From assembly GCA_963835525.1 (NCBI GenBank), contig CAWIFM010000007.1, forward strand, positions 58,984 to 122,983: 64,000 nucleotides of DNA, read 5' to 3'. Below are positions 39,101 through 48,496 of the stretch, piece by piece; positions within the stretch are counted from its first letter, which is position 1; the number at the start of each line of letters is the position of its first letter. A program made the position numbers and the translations under genes. The notes below the pieces were generated by a model that was given only the letters and a program-made list of their open reading frames with translations, was not told the origin of the DNA and ran no database searches. Origin of the DNA: an uncultured Solirubrobacteraceae bacterium. GTDB lineage: Bacteria; Actinomycetota; Thermoleophilia; Solirubrobacterales; Solirubrobacteraceae.

Positions 39101-39685
39101 CTAACCTCCCACCAGCGCCAGCGCGAACCCGTCGTAGCCCTTCGCGCCGACGGTCTGGATCGCCGTCGCGCGCACGTCGGGCTCGGCGGCCAGCGCGTCG
39201 AAGAAGGCCCGCACGCCCTGCACCGAAGGGTCGTCGCTGTCGTCGGCGACGGCGCCGTCGCGGATCACGTTGTCGGCCACGATCAGCGTGCCGGGCCGGG
39301 AGAGCCGCAGCGCTTCTCGCAGGTACTCGGCGTTGCTCCGCTTGTCGGCGTCGATGAAGATCAGGTCGAACGGGCCGTCGAGCGTGGGAAGCGTCTCCAG
39401 CGCAGGGCCGATGATCACCTCGGCGCGATCGCCGAGCGCCGCGCGGGCACGGGCGGCCCGATCGGGGTCGATCTCGAGCGAGACCACGCGGGCGCCGGAT
39501 CGCGCGAGCCAGAGCGTGCTGTAGCCCTCGAGCGTGCCGATCTCGAGGATGGTGCGCGCGCCGATCGCCCGCGCCAGCAGCTCGAGCAGCGCGCCCTGCG
39601 GAGGGGAGACCGCGGCGTCGTGAGCGGGGCCGGGATCGTCCCGGATCAGCCTGTCGGCGATGTAGCGGTCGACCTCGCTCCACAT
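39101..39685 (-). CDS. class I SAM-dependent O-methyltransferase (Methyltransf_3 / caffeoyl-CoA OMT-like)
   Basis: ILEIGTLEGYSTLWLA (motif I), FDLIFIDADKRSNAEYL and GTLIVADNV. ATG at 39685 (MWSEVDRYI) is preferred over the track start at 39760. Confidence 0.85.
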   Translation of the reverse strand: MWSEVDRYIADRLIRDDPGPAHDAAVSPPQGALLELLARAIGARTILEIGTLEGYSTLWLARSGARVVSLEIDPDRAARARAALGDRAEVIIGPALETLPTLDGPFDLIFIDADKRSNAEYLREALRLSRPGTLIVADNVIRDGAVADDSDDPSVQGVRAFFDALAAEPDVRATAIQTVGAKGYDGFALALVGG

Positions 39686-39744
39686 GGGCGGAGCATTGCA
39701 GCGCGCAGGAGCGCACGGCCGCCACGGCGAAGTCCTCATGTCCG

Positions 39745-40680
39745 ATGGCCGTCGCCGCACCCACCCAGCCGTTCGAGCACCTGCTGCTCGACTTCCTCGC
39801 CTACCTGGAGTTCGAGCGCGGGCTGTCGCGCAACACGCTCGAGGCCTACCGGTCCGACCTGCTCCAGCTCGGCGGCCACCTGCGCAAGACGGGCAAGGAC
39901 GCGCTGGAGGCGACCCACACCGACCTCGCCGACTTCATCGCCGACCTGGCCGCCGGCGACGCGGACCGCCCGCCGGTCTCGCCGGCCACGATCCAGCGCA
40001 AGGTCGCCTGCCTGCGCTCCTTCTACCGCCACCTGCGCCGGCAGGACCTGATCGTCGACGACCCGACGGTGCATCTGCGCGCCCCCAAGCAGGGTCGCAA
40101 GCTGCCGCAGGTCCTCTCGCGCGACGAGGTGGCCAAGCTGCTCGAGGCGCCGCGCGGGACCGAGCCGGCCGCGCTGCGCGACCGCGCCCTGCTGGAGCTG
40201 ATGTACGCCTGCGGGCTGCGGGCGTCGGAGGCGATCGGGCTCGAGACCGGCGACCTCGACCTCGAGAGCGGGATCCTGCGCGCTCGCGGCAAGGGCTCCA
40301 AGGAGCGGCTCGTGCCGATCGGCTCCGCCGCCTCGCGCGCGCTGGAGATCTATCTCGGCCGCGGCCGGCCGAAGCTGGTCGGCGACCGGATGGAAGGCCG
40401 GCTGTTCGTCAACCACCGCGGCGGCGGGCTGACCCGTCAGGGCCTCTACAAGATCGTCCAGCGCCACGCGCGCACGGCCGGGCTCGACGGCAAGATGAGC
40501 CCGCACACGCTGCGCCACACCTTCGCCACCCACCTGCTGGCCGGCGGCTGCGACCTGCGCTCGCTGCAGGAGATGCTCGGCCACGCCGACATCGCCACCA
40601 CCCAGGTCTACACGCACATGTCCGCGGAGCGCCTCAAGGACGTCTACCACGACGCCCACCCCCGCGCACGGCAGCACTAA
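39745..40680 (+). CDS. xerD: site-specific tyrosine recombinase XerD
   Basis: FLAYLEFERGLSRNTLEAYRSDL, ELMYACGLRASE, HTLRHTFATHLL and LGHADIATTQVYTH (the R-H-R-Y catalytic set). Confidence 0.9.
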   Translation: MAVAAPTQPFEHLLLDFLAYLEFERGLSRNTLEAYRSDLLQLGGHLRKTGKDALEATHTDLADFIADLAAGDADRPPVSPATIQRKVACLRSFYRHLRRQDLIVDDPTVHLRAPKQGRKLPQVLSRDEVAKLLEAPRGTEPAALRDRALLELMYACGLRASEAIGLETGDLDLESGILRARGKGSKERLVPIGSAASRALEIYLGRGRPKLVGDRMEGRLFVNHRGGGLTRQGLYKIVQRHARTAGLDGKMSPHTLRHTFATHLLAGGCDLRSLQEMLGHADIATTQVYTHMSAERLKDVYHDAHPRARQH

Positions 40681-40690
40681 GCTGCCCGGC

Positions 40691-41842
40691 GTGCGCCGGG
40701 CCTTCGTCATCGTCATCGACGCCTGCGGGGTGGGCGAGCTGCCCGACAGCGCCGACTACGGCGACGCGGGGACCAACACGCTCGGCCACGTCGCCGAGGC
40801 GACGGGTGGTCTCGACCTGCCGGTCATGACCGCCCTCGGGCTCGGGAACATCATGCCGCTGGCCGGTGCGCCGCCCGTCGGCGATCCCGTCGTCCACGGC
40901 CGCCTGCACCCGCTCGGCCCCGGCAAGGACACCATCACCGGCCACTGGGAGCTGATGGGCGTGGTCACGCCGGTGGCGCTGCGCACCTACCCCGAGGGCT
41001 TCCCCGACGACGTGCTCGACGCCCTGCGCGAGGCGACCGGCCGCGGGATCCTCTGCAACCGCCCGTACTCCGGCACCGAGGTGATCGAGGACTTCGGCTC
41101 CGAGCACGTGCGGACCGGCGACCTGATCGTCTACACGTCGGCCGACTCGGTGCTGCAGATCGCCGCCCACGAGGAAGTGGTCCCGCTCCCCGAGCTCTAC
41201 GCGGCCTGCGACGCGGCGCGCGAGATCATGACCGGCGAGCACGCGGTCGGCCGCGTGATCGCGCGGCCCTTCCGCGGCGAGCCCGGTCACTTCGCGCGCA
41301 CCGAGGGCCGGCGCGACGTCGCGCTGAACCCGCCCGCGCGCTCCTACCTGGACGAGCTGCAGGCGGCCGGCGTGCCGGTGCACACGGTGGGCAAGATCGG
41401 CCAGGTCTTCAACGGCGTCGGCGTCGACGAGCAGCACAAGGGCTCGACCAACGCAGCCGCCATGGCGGCCACCGGCGAGCTGATCGACTCGCTCGACGGC
41501 GGCTTCGTGTTCGCCAACCTGGTGGAGACCGACCAGGTCTTCGGACACCGCAACGACGTCGAGGGCTTCCACGGCGCGCTGAAGGAGATCGACGCGGCGG
41601 TGGGGGAGTGGCTGAAGCGGCTCGACCCCGAGAACGACCTGCTGGTCATCACGGCCGACCACGGCGTCGACCCCACGCACCCGGGCACCGACCACACGCG
41701 CGAGCACGTGCCCCTGCTCGCCCGCTTCGCCGGCCACGGAGGCCGCCGGCACGACGGGCCGTTCGGCGACGTCGGCGCCTCCGTGCTGCGCTGGCTCGCC
41801 GGCCGCGACGCGCCCGAGCTGCCGGGCACGCCGTTCACGTGA
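40691..41842 (+). CDS. deoB: phosphopentomutase
   Basis: VIVIDACGVGELPD..YGD.GTNTLGH, SADSVLQIAAHE, ADHGVDPT and GTDHTREHVPLL. Confidence 0.9.
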   Translation: MRRAFVIVIDACGVGELPDSADYGDAGTNTLGHVAEATGGLDLPVMTALGLGNIMPLAGAPPVGDPVVHGRLHPLGPGKDTITGHWELMGVVTPVALRTYPEGFPDDVLDALREATGRGILCNRPYSGTEVIEDFGSEHVRTGDLIVYTSADSVLQIAAHEEVVPLPELYAACDAAREIMTGEHAVGRVIARPFRGEPGHFARTEGRRDVALNPPARSYLDELQAAGVPVHTVGKIGQVFNGVGVDEQHKGSTNAAAMAATGELIDSLDGGFVFANLVETDQVFGHRNDVEGFHGALKEIDAAVGEWLKRLDPENDLLVITADHGVDPTHPGTDHTREHVPLLARFAGHGGRRHDGPFGDVGASVLRWLAGRDAPELPGTPFT

Positions 41843-42993
41843 AAGGGGCGCCGGCGCTCGCAGCGCTCGCGCTCCTGGCCGGCTGCGGCGGCGACTCCGC
41901 GCCGCGCCCCACGGCGACGCCGGGCACGCCGGCCGAGCGGCCCGAGCCGAGCCAGGAGGAGCAGGTCCGCAAGCTCCTCGACGACCGCGCCGCCGCGCTC
42001 GAGGCCGGCGACGCCCGCGCGTACGCCGCGACCGGCGCGCAGCGGCGCCGCGACCGCGCCGACGTACAGCGGGCCCGCCGACTGCGCCTCCGCAAGGTCG
42101 TGTTCTCCGCGGACCGGGTCGACGTGTCGGGCGACCGCGCGACGGCGCTCGTGTCAGCGACCTACGCGATCGCGGGCGTGCGCGGGACCTTCGAGGTCGA
42201 GCGGCGCCTGCGGGCGAAGCGCACCGCCGACGGGTGGCGCGTGACCGGCGCCTCCGGCCGCCGGGGGCTCCCGCCGTGGGAGGTCGACGACTTCCGCGAG
42301 CGGCGCACCGAGCACTTCGTCGTCCTCGCCCCGCCCGAGGTGCCGGTCGACGAGCTCGTCGTCGCGCTCGAGGACGGCTACGCGACCATGAGCGAGCTGC
42401 TCACCAGCGGGCGCCTCCGGCGGCGCTACCTCGTGGTGGTCGCCGCCGGGACGGAGCAGGCGCGCGCCCTGACCGCGCAGATCCGCGGTGTCGAGACCCT
42501 CGCCGCCCTCGCGGACGCGAGCGTGATCCAGATCGGGAATGCCGCTCGGACGGACAAGGTGGTCTCGCTGCGGCTGGTGGTGGTCTGGCCGCCGTTCGCG
42601 TCGCTCGACGCCGAGGGCCGCCGGCGCGTCGTCACGCACGAGCTCACGCACGCCGCGCTGACCGGCTCGACCTCGGGACGGATGCCGGCCTGGCTGAGCG
42701 AGGGCGTGGCGCTCTACGTGTCGGGCGACCGCCGGCCCGCGCCTCCCGGCGCCGACCTCGCCGCGCTGTCGCAGCCGGACGCCATCGCGCGGCTGACCGG
42801 CGAGGAGCAGGCCAACGCCTACAACACGAGCTCGGCCGCCGCCTTCGCGATCGCCGACCGCTTCGGCACCGACAAGCTGCTCGACCTCTACGAGGCGTTC
42901 AACGACCCGCGGCTGCGCGGGCAGCCCGGCCCGCGGCTCGTGAACCGGGCGCTGAAGCGAGAGCTGGGCATCACGCTGGCCGACCTATCCTGA
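41839..42993 (+). CDS. lipoprotein with HExxH metallopeptidase-like motif
   Basis: GTGA overlap with deoB. Lipobox LALLAGCGG. THELTHAAL...WLSEGVALY resembles the peptidase MA/DUF-type fold. Confidence 0.6.
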   Translation: MKGAPALAALALLAGCGGDSAPRPTATPGTPAERPEPSQEEQVRKLLDDRAAALEAGDARAYAATGAQRRRDRADVQRARRLRLRKVVFSADRVDVSGDRATALVSATYAIAGVRGTFEVERRLRAKRTADGWRVTGASGRRGLPPWEVDDFRERRTEHFVVLAPPEVPVDELVVALEDGYATMSELLTSGRLRRRYLVVVAAGTEQARALTAQIRGVETLAALADASVIQIGNAARTDKVVSLRLVVVWPPFASLDAEGRRRVVTHELTHAALTGSTSGRMPAWLSEGVALYVSGDRRPAPPGADLAALSQPDAIARLTGEEQANAYNTSSAAAFAIADRFGTDKLLDLYEAFNDPRLRGQPGPRLVNRALKRELGITLADLS

Positions 42994-42999
42994 GCCGCC

Positions 43000-43842
43000 G
43001 TGCCCGAGCTGCCTGAGGTCGAGACGATCCGCCATCACCTGGCGCCGTACGTGGAAGGGCGGACGCTGGAGCGTCTGGAGGTGCTCGACGGCCGCTGGTG
43101 CCTGCCGCTCGCCGGCGAGGAGCTGGCCGCCGCGACCGAGGGCCGCAGGGTCGAACGGCTCGGCCGAAGGGGCAAGTACCTGGTCTGGGAGCTCGAGGAC
43201 GACGCCTACCTGCTCATGCACCTGCGCATGACCGGCACGCTGCTGCTCGACCCGCCGGGCGCGCCGCCCTACGTCCGCGTGTGGCTGCGCCTGGGCGACC
43301 ACGACGTCGCGTTCAGCGATCCGCGCAGGTTCGGCACCGGCGAGCTGGCGCTCGGCCCCGAGGCGCTCGACGAGTTCTTCGCCGCCCGGCTCGGGGTCGA
43401 GCCGCTCGACGGCGAGTTCACCGCAGCGCACCTGCACGCCCTGGCGCGCACCTCGCGCGCGCCGATCAAGGCGTTCCTGCTCGATCAGAAGCGGGTGGCG
43501 GGCGTCGGCAACATCTACGCCGACGAGGCGTTGTTCCGGGCGCGGATCCACCCGCTGCGGCTCGCCAACCGGCTCACGCGCCCGCAGGCGGAGGCGCTGC
43601 GCGACGCGGTGGTGGAGTCGCTGAGCGCCGGCATCGCCGCCAAGGGCGCCACGATCGACGACTTCCGCGATCCCTACGGCGTCAGCGGCACGTTCCAGGA
43701 CCAGTTCCTCGTCCACACGCGCGAGGGCGAGCCGTGCCCGCGCTGCGGGCGGCCCATCCGCAAACTGCGTGCCGCCGGCCGCGGCACGTACGTCTGCGAG
43801 GGCTGCCAGCCTAGGCCGCGGCCGATTCAGCGAGCTCGCTGA
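43000..43842 (+). CDS. mutM: formamidopyrimidine-DNA glycosylase
   Basis: MPELPEVE N-terminus, the H2TH region GVGNIYADEALF, and the C-terminal zinc finger CPRCGRPI...YVCEGCQ. Confidence 0.9.
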   Translation: MPELPEVETIRHHLAPYVEGRTLERLEVLDGRWCLPLAGEELAAATEGRRVERLGRRGKYLVWELEDDAYLLMHLRMTGTLLLDPPGAPPYVRVWLRLGDHDVAFSDPRRFGTGELALGPEALDEFFAARLGVEPLDGEFTAAHLHALARTSRAPIKAFLLDQKRVAGVGNIYADEALFRARIHPLRLANRLTRPQAEALRDAVVESLSAGIAAKGATIDDFRDPYGVSGTFQDQFLVHTREGEPCPRCGRPIRKLRAAGRGTYVCEGCQPRPRPIQRAR

Positions 43843-44074
43843 GGCCGCCGGAGCGGTCGAGCTGGACCAGCTCCTGGTAGCCGCCGATCGGCGTGTCGTC
43901 GATGACGACCTGGGGGAACGTCATCATCCCCGTCAGCTGCACCAGATCGGTTCGACCGACCGGATCCTTGGCGAGGCTGACCTCGGAGAACGGGACGTTG
44001 CGCTTCTGGAGAAGCGATTTGGCCACGCGGCAGAAACCGCACGGCTCCGTCGTGTAGACCGTGACCCTGGACAC
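43811..44074 (-). CDS. glutaredoxin
   Basis: 87 aa beginning VSRVTVYTTEPCGFCRVAKSLL (CxxC active site), then TFPQVVIDDTPIGGYQEL. The GTG start is at 44074. It is the C-terminal part of track ORF 43811..44827. Confidence 0.8.
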   Translation of the reverse strand: MSRVTVYTTEPCGFCRVAKSLLQKRNVPFSEVSLAKDPVGRTDLVQLTGMMTFPQVVIDDTPIGGYQELVQLDRSGGLSELAESAAA

Positions 44075-44092
44075 TACTTCACAAAATATAGC

Positions 44093-44815
44093 GTGGCTGG
44101 TTCCGTAAAGACCGAGGGGATCGTCCTCCGCAGCCTCCGCTACGGAGAGGCGGACCGCATCCTGCACCTGTATACCCCGGATCGCGGCAGAGTGGGCGCG
44201 ATCGCCAAGGGCGTGCGCCGCGCGCGCTCGCGCTTCGGGGGCCGGCTCGAGCCCTTCTTCCGGCTCCAGCTGGTGCTCTACCAGGGCCGGGGAGAGCTTC
44301 TGACCGTCACCAGCGCCGAGACGGTGGCCGCCCACCCGCGCCTGCGCGACGACGCCCGCGCGCTCGACGGCGCCGGCCGCGCCTGCGAGGCCGTTGCACG
44401 CGTGTTCGACGACGGCGATCCGCACTCCGGCGTCTACCACCTGCTCGCCAACCAGCTCGCGCTGCTCGACCGCGAGCCCGTCCGCGCCACGCGTGCCAAC
44501 GCGCTCGCCTTCCGCCTCAAGCTGCTGCTGGCCGCCGGCTTCGCGCCGCAGCTCGCCGGGTGCACGTCGTGCGGTGAGGGCGAGCACCTGGTCGGCTTCT
44601 CGGGCGCCGCGGGCGGCGTCGTGTGCGCGGCCTGCGAGGCGAGCTCCTTCCCGCTCGACCAGGAGGCGCACGACTTCCTCGTGGCCGCTCTCGGGCAGCC
44701 GCTGGCCGAGACTCCAGAGGCCTCGCCGCGCGCCCTGCAGCAGGCCGAGCGGGCCATCCTGGAGACGCTGGAGCATCATGCGCACCTGCGGCTCCGTCCC
44801 GTGGGCCGCGGGTAG
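44093..44815 (+). CDS. recO: DNA repair protein RecO
   Basis: TEGIVLRSLRYGEADRILHLYT..GRVGAIAKGVRR (OB fold) and a Cys4 zinc motif CTSCG...CAACE. The GTG at 44093 is the only plausible start. Confidence 0.9.
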   Translation: MAGSVKTEGIVLRSLRYGEADRILHLYTPDRGRVGAIAKGVRRARSRFGGRLEPFFRLQLVLYQGRGELLTVTSAETVAAHPRLRDDARALDGAGRACEAVARVFDDGDPHSGVYHLLANQLALLDREPVRATRANALAFRLKLLLAAGFAPQLAGCTSCGEGEHLVGFSGAAGGVVCAACEASSFPLDQEAHDFLVAALGQPLAETPEASPRALQQAERAILETLEHHAHLRLRPVGRG

Positions 44816-44825
44816 GATCGCGGCC

Positions 44826-47435
44826 ATGGATCAGTGGGTCTACGACTTCGCCGAGGGCTCGAAGGACATGCGCGAGCTGCTCGGCGGCAAGGGCGCCAAC
44901 GTCGCGGAGATGACGCGCGTGCTGGGCGCCGACAAGGTCCCCGCCGGGTTCACGATCACCACCGAGGCGTGCGTCGCCTACATGAAGGCCGGGCAGACGG
45001 AGCCCAAGGGGATGGCCGAGCAGGTCGAGAAGGCGCTCGAGCGGCTCCAGGAGCACGCCGGCAAGCGGCTCGGCGACGACGAGGACCCGCTGCTGGTCTC
45101 GGTCCGCTCCGGCGCCCGCGAGTCGATGCCCGGGATGCTCGACACCGTCCTCAACCTCGGCCTCAACGACACCTCGGTCGAGGGCCTCGCGCAGGCCACC
45201 GACAACGAGCGCTTCGCCTGGGATTCCTACCGGCGCTTCGTGCAGATGTTCGGGAACGTCTCGCACGGCATCCCCGGCGAGAAGTTCGAGGACGCGATCA
45301 AGGAGATCAAGAAGGACCGCGGGGTCGAGGAGGACACCGAGCTCGACGCCGATGCGCTGAAGGAGCTGACTGCGAAGTTCAAGGAGCTCTACGAGTTCCC
45401 GCAGGACCCGAAGGAGCAGCTCGAGCAGGCGATCCGCGCCGTGTTCGACTCCTGGACCGGGGACCGCGCCGTCTCCTACCGGCGCCTGAACCGCATTCCC
45501 GACGAGTGGGGGACGGCGGTCAACGTCCAGCAGATGGTGTTCGGCAACAAGGGCGACACCTCGGGCTCCGGCGTCGCCTTCAGCCGCGACGAGGTCACCG
45601 GCGCGAAGGAGCCGAGCGGCGATTTCTTGCCCAACGCGCAGGGCGAGGACGTGGTCTCGGGCGTCCGGAACACGAAGGACATCGCCGAGATGAAGGAGTG
45701 GCTGCCCGAGGCGCACAAGCAGCTGATGGAGATCCTGCGCACGCTCGAGAAGCACTACAAGGACATGCAGGACACCGAGTTCACGGTCGAGGAGGGGCAG
45801 CTGTTCATGCTCCAGACCCGCAACGCCAAGCGCCCCGCCCAGGCGGCCGTGCGCTTCGCGTGCGACGCCGTGGACGAGCGGCTGCTCAAGAAGGAGGAGG
45901 CGCTCGCGACGATCGACCCCTCCTCGCTCGACGCGCTGCTGCACCCGACCTTCGACCCCAAGGCCGAGTTCGAGGTGCTCGCCACCGGCGTGAACGCGTC
46001 GCCGGGGGCGGCGAAGGGCGAGGTGGTGTTCACGGCGGCCGATGCGGTGGCGGCCGAGCAGGAGGGCCGCGACGTGATCCTCGTGCGCCCCTTCACCGAG
46101 GCCGACGACGTGGCCGGCTTCCACGCCGCCAAGGGGATCCTGACCTCCGAGGGCGGCAAGGCTTCCCATGCCGCGCTCGTGGCGCGGGGGATGGGGCGGC
46201 CGGCGGTGGTCGGCGCGAAGGCGCTCGCGATCAACCTCAAGCAGAGGTGCATCACCGTCGACGGGACGAAGATCTCCGAGGGCGACCGGATCGCCATCGA
46301 CGGCACCAAGGGCTGCGTGACGCTCGAGGACGTGCCGCTCGTGGACCCCGAGGTCAACGAGTACTTCGAGCGCGTGCTCAAGTGGGCCGACGAGTTCCGC
46401 CGGCTCGGCGTGCGGGCCAACGCCGACACGCCGGAGGACGCGAAGAAGGCGCGCGAGCTGGGGGCCGAGGGCATCGGCCTCTGCCGGACCGAGCACATGT
46501 TCATGGCCGAGGACCGCCAGCCCAAGATGCGGGCGATGATCATGGCCGACGACGAGGACGGCCGCCGCGAGGCGCTGGCCGAGCTGCTGCCCTACCAGCA
46601 GGAGGACTTCGAGGGCCTGTTCGAGGCGATGAAGGGCCTGCCGGTGACGATCCGGCTGCTCGACCCGCCGCTGCACGAGTTCCTCAAGAACCTGCCCGAC
46701 CTGCGCGCGCAGGTCGAGCGCGCCCGGATCGAGTGCACCGACGACCTCGAGCAGCTCGAGAAGACGCTGGCGCGGGTCGAGGAGATCCACGAGGAGAACC
46801 CGATGCTGGGCACGCGCGGCTGCCGGCTGGGGATCCTCTATCCCGAGATCTACGAGATGCAGGTCCAGGCGATCATGCGAGCGATCGCGGCCATGGACAC
46901 CAAGCCGCTCCCGGAGATCATGATCCCGCTGGTCGACTACGAGCACGAGCTGGAGATCCTGCGCGCGCTCGTGGTGGGGATCGGCGACGAGCACGACCTC
47001 GAGGTCGGCAAGGACTACATCGTCGGCACGATGATCGAGCTGCCGCGCGCGTGCTTCGTGGCGAACAAGATCGCCGAGCACGCCGACTTCTTCTCGTTCG
47101 GGACCAACGACCTCACGCAGACCGCGCTGGGGTTCTCGCGCGACGACGTCGAGTCCAAGTTCGTGCCCGTCTACATGGAGCGCAAGATCATCGACCGCTC
47201 GCCGTTCGAGACGATCGACAAGCCGGGCGTGGGGTGGCTGGTCCGGCTCGCGGCGTGGGTGGGCCGCGAGGCGCATCCGGGCCTCAAGCTCGGGATCTGC
47301 GGCGAGCACGGCGGCGACCCGGAGTCGATCGACTTCTTCCACATGGCCGGGCTCGACTACGTCTCCTGCTCGCCGTACCGCGTCCCGATCGCCCGCGTGG
47401 CCGCCGCACAGGCGCAAATTGCACATTCTTCGTGA
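44826..47435 (+). CDS. ppdK: pyruvate, phosphate dikinase
   Basis: 869 aa. MDQWVYDFAEG..LLGGKGANVAEM, the phosphohistidine region GGKASHAALVARGMG, and the PEP-utilising C-terminal domain GICGEHGGDP. Confidence 0.95.
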   Translation: MDQWVYDFAEGSKDMRELLGGKGANVAEMTRVLGADKVPAGFTITTEACVAYMKAGQTEPKGMAEQVEKALERLQEHAGKRLGDDEDPLLVSVRSGARESMPGMLDTVLNLGLNDTSVEGLAQATDNERFAWDSYRRFVQMFGNVSHGIPGEKFEDAIKEIKKDRGVEEDTELDADALKELTAKFKELYEFPQDPKEQLEQAIRAVFDSWTGDRAVSYRRLNRIPDEWGTAVNVQQMVFGNKGDTSGSGVAFSRDEVTGAKEPSGDFLPNAQGEDVVSGVRNTKDIAEMKEWLPEAHKQLMEILRTLEKHYKDMQDTEFTVEEGQLFMLQTRNAKRPAQAAVRFACDAVDERLLKKEEALATIDPSSLDALLHPTFDPKAEFEVLATGVNASPGAAKGEVVFTAADAVAAEQEGRDVILVRPFTEADDVAGFHAAKGILTSEGGKASHAALVARGMGRPAVVGAKALAINLKQRCITVDGTKISEGDRIAIDGTKGCVTLEDVPLVDPEVNEYFERVLKWADEFRRLGVRANADTPEDAKKARELGAEGIGLCRTEHMFMAEDRQPKMRAMIMADDEDGRREALAELLPYQQEDFEGLFEAMKGLPVTIRLLDPPLHEFLKNLPDLRAQVERARIECTDDLEQLEKTLARVEEIHEENPMLGTRGCRLGILYPEIYEMQVQAIMRAIAAMDTKPLPEIMIPLVDYEHELEILRALVVGIGDEHDLEVGKDYIVGTMIELPRACFVANKIAEHADFFSFGTNDLTQTALGFSRDDVESKFVPVYMERKIIDRSPFETIDKPGVGWLVRLAAWVGREAHPGLKLGICGEHGGDPESIDFFHMAGLDYVSCSPYRVPIARVAAAQAQIAHSS

Positions 47436-47438
47436 CGG

Positions 47439-48461
47439 TTGACGGCGCGGTCCGTCGCGACGGTCACAATTGAGGGCGTGCTCGTCGCCGACGACTACGC
47501 CGCTCGTATCCAGGCCTGGGAGGAGGCCGTGCTGTCGCCGCTGGCCGCGCGCTCGTACCCGGCCGAGCGGGTGCACGAGGAGCCCGAGTGCGGGCTGCGC
47601 ACCCCGTTCCAGCGCGACCGCGACCGGATCGTGCACTCGAAGGCCTTCCGGCGGCTCAAGCACAAGACGCAGGTGTTCGTGGCGCCGGAGGGCGATCACT
47701 ACCGCACGCGGCTCACGCACACGCTGGAGGCGACGCAGATCTCGCGCACGGTGGCCCGCGCGCTGCGCCTGAACGAGGACCTGACGGAGGCGATCGGGCT
47801 GGGGCACGACGTCGGCCACCCGCCGTTCGGGCACATCGGCGAGGCGGTGCTCGATGCGTGCGGCCGCGAGCGGTTCGGCCGCGGCTTCCGCCACAACGAG
47901 CACTCGCTGCGGGTGGTGGAGGAGCTCAACCTCACCGCGGCGGTCCGGGACGGGATCCTGCGCCACTCGAGCGGCGCGGGCGAGCCTTCGACGCTGGAGG
48001 GCAAGATCGTCCGCCTGGTGGACCGGATCGCGTACATCAACCACGACATCGACGACGCGGTGCGCGCGGGTGTGCTGGCGCCTTCCGCGCTGCCGGCGGA
48101 CGAGATCGCGGTGTTGGGCGACACCGGCTCGGCGCGGATAGACAGGCTGGTGCACGACCTCGTCGAGCACTCCGAGCGGGCCGGCGACATCGTGCAGGGC
48201 GACGACGTCGGGACCGCCATGCTGCGCCTGCGGTCGTTCATGTTCGAGCACGTCTACCTCGGCCCGATCGCGCGCGCCGAGCACGCCAAGATCGAGCGCG
48301 TGCTGCGCGGCCTCTTCGACTGGTACTGCGAGCACCCCGACGAGCTGCCCCCCGGCCCGGACCTGGCGGACCGCGTGATCGACTGGCTCGCGGGGATGAC
48401 CGACCGCTACGCGATCCGCGCCTGGGCGGAGCGCTTCGTGCCGCAGGGCCTCGCGATTTAG
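47439..48461 (+). CDS. dgt: dGTP triphosphohydrolase-like HD-domain protein
   Basis: RTPFQRDRDRIVHSKAFRRLKHKTQVF, RLTHTLE and GLGHDVGHPPFGH. The start is TTG 47439 or the in-frame GTG at 47478. Confidence 0.9.
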   Translation: MTARSVATVTIEGVLVADDYAARIQAWEEAVLSPLAARSYPAERVHEEPECGLRTPFQRDRDRIVHSKAFRRLKHKTQVFVAPEGDHYRTRLTHTLEATQISRTVARALRLNEDLTEAIGLGHDVGHPPFGHIGEAVLDACGRERFGRGFRHNEHSLRVVEELNLTAAVRDGILRHSSGAGEPSTLEGKIVRLVDRIAYINHDIDDAVRAGVLAPSALPADEIAVLGDTGSARIDRLVHDLVEHSERAGDIVQGDDVGTAMLRLRSFMFEHVYLGPIARAEHAKIERVLRGLFDWYCEHPDELPPGPDLADRVIDWLAGMTDRYAIRAWAERFVPQGLAI

Positions 48462-48465
48462 ATGA

Positions 48466-48489
48466 CCGGATACCGATATCGGTCTCCGG
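48466..48489. promoter_or_regulatory. 24-bp imperfect palindrome between dgt and dnaG
   Basis: CCGGATACCGATATCGGTCTCCGG has a perfect 12-bp core ACCGATATCGGT and one mismatch in the outer arms. It lies 5 nt after the dgt stop and 8 nt before the dnaG ATG. Confidence 0.5.
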
Positions 48490-48496
48490 CCATCTG

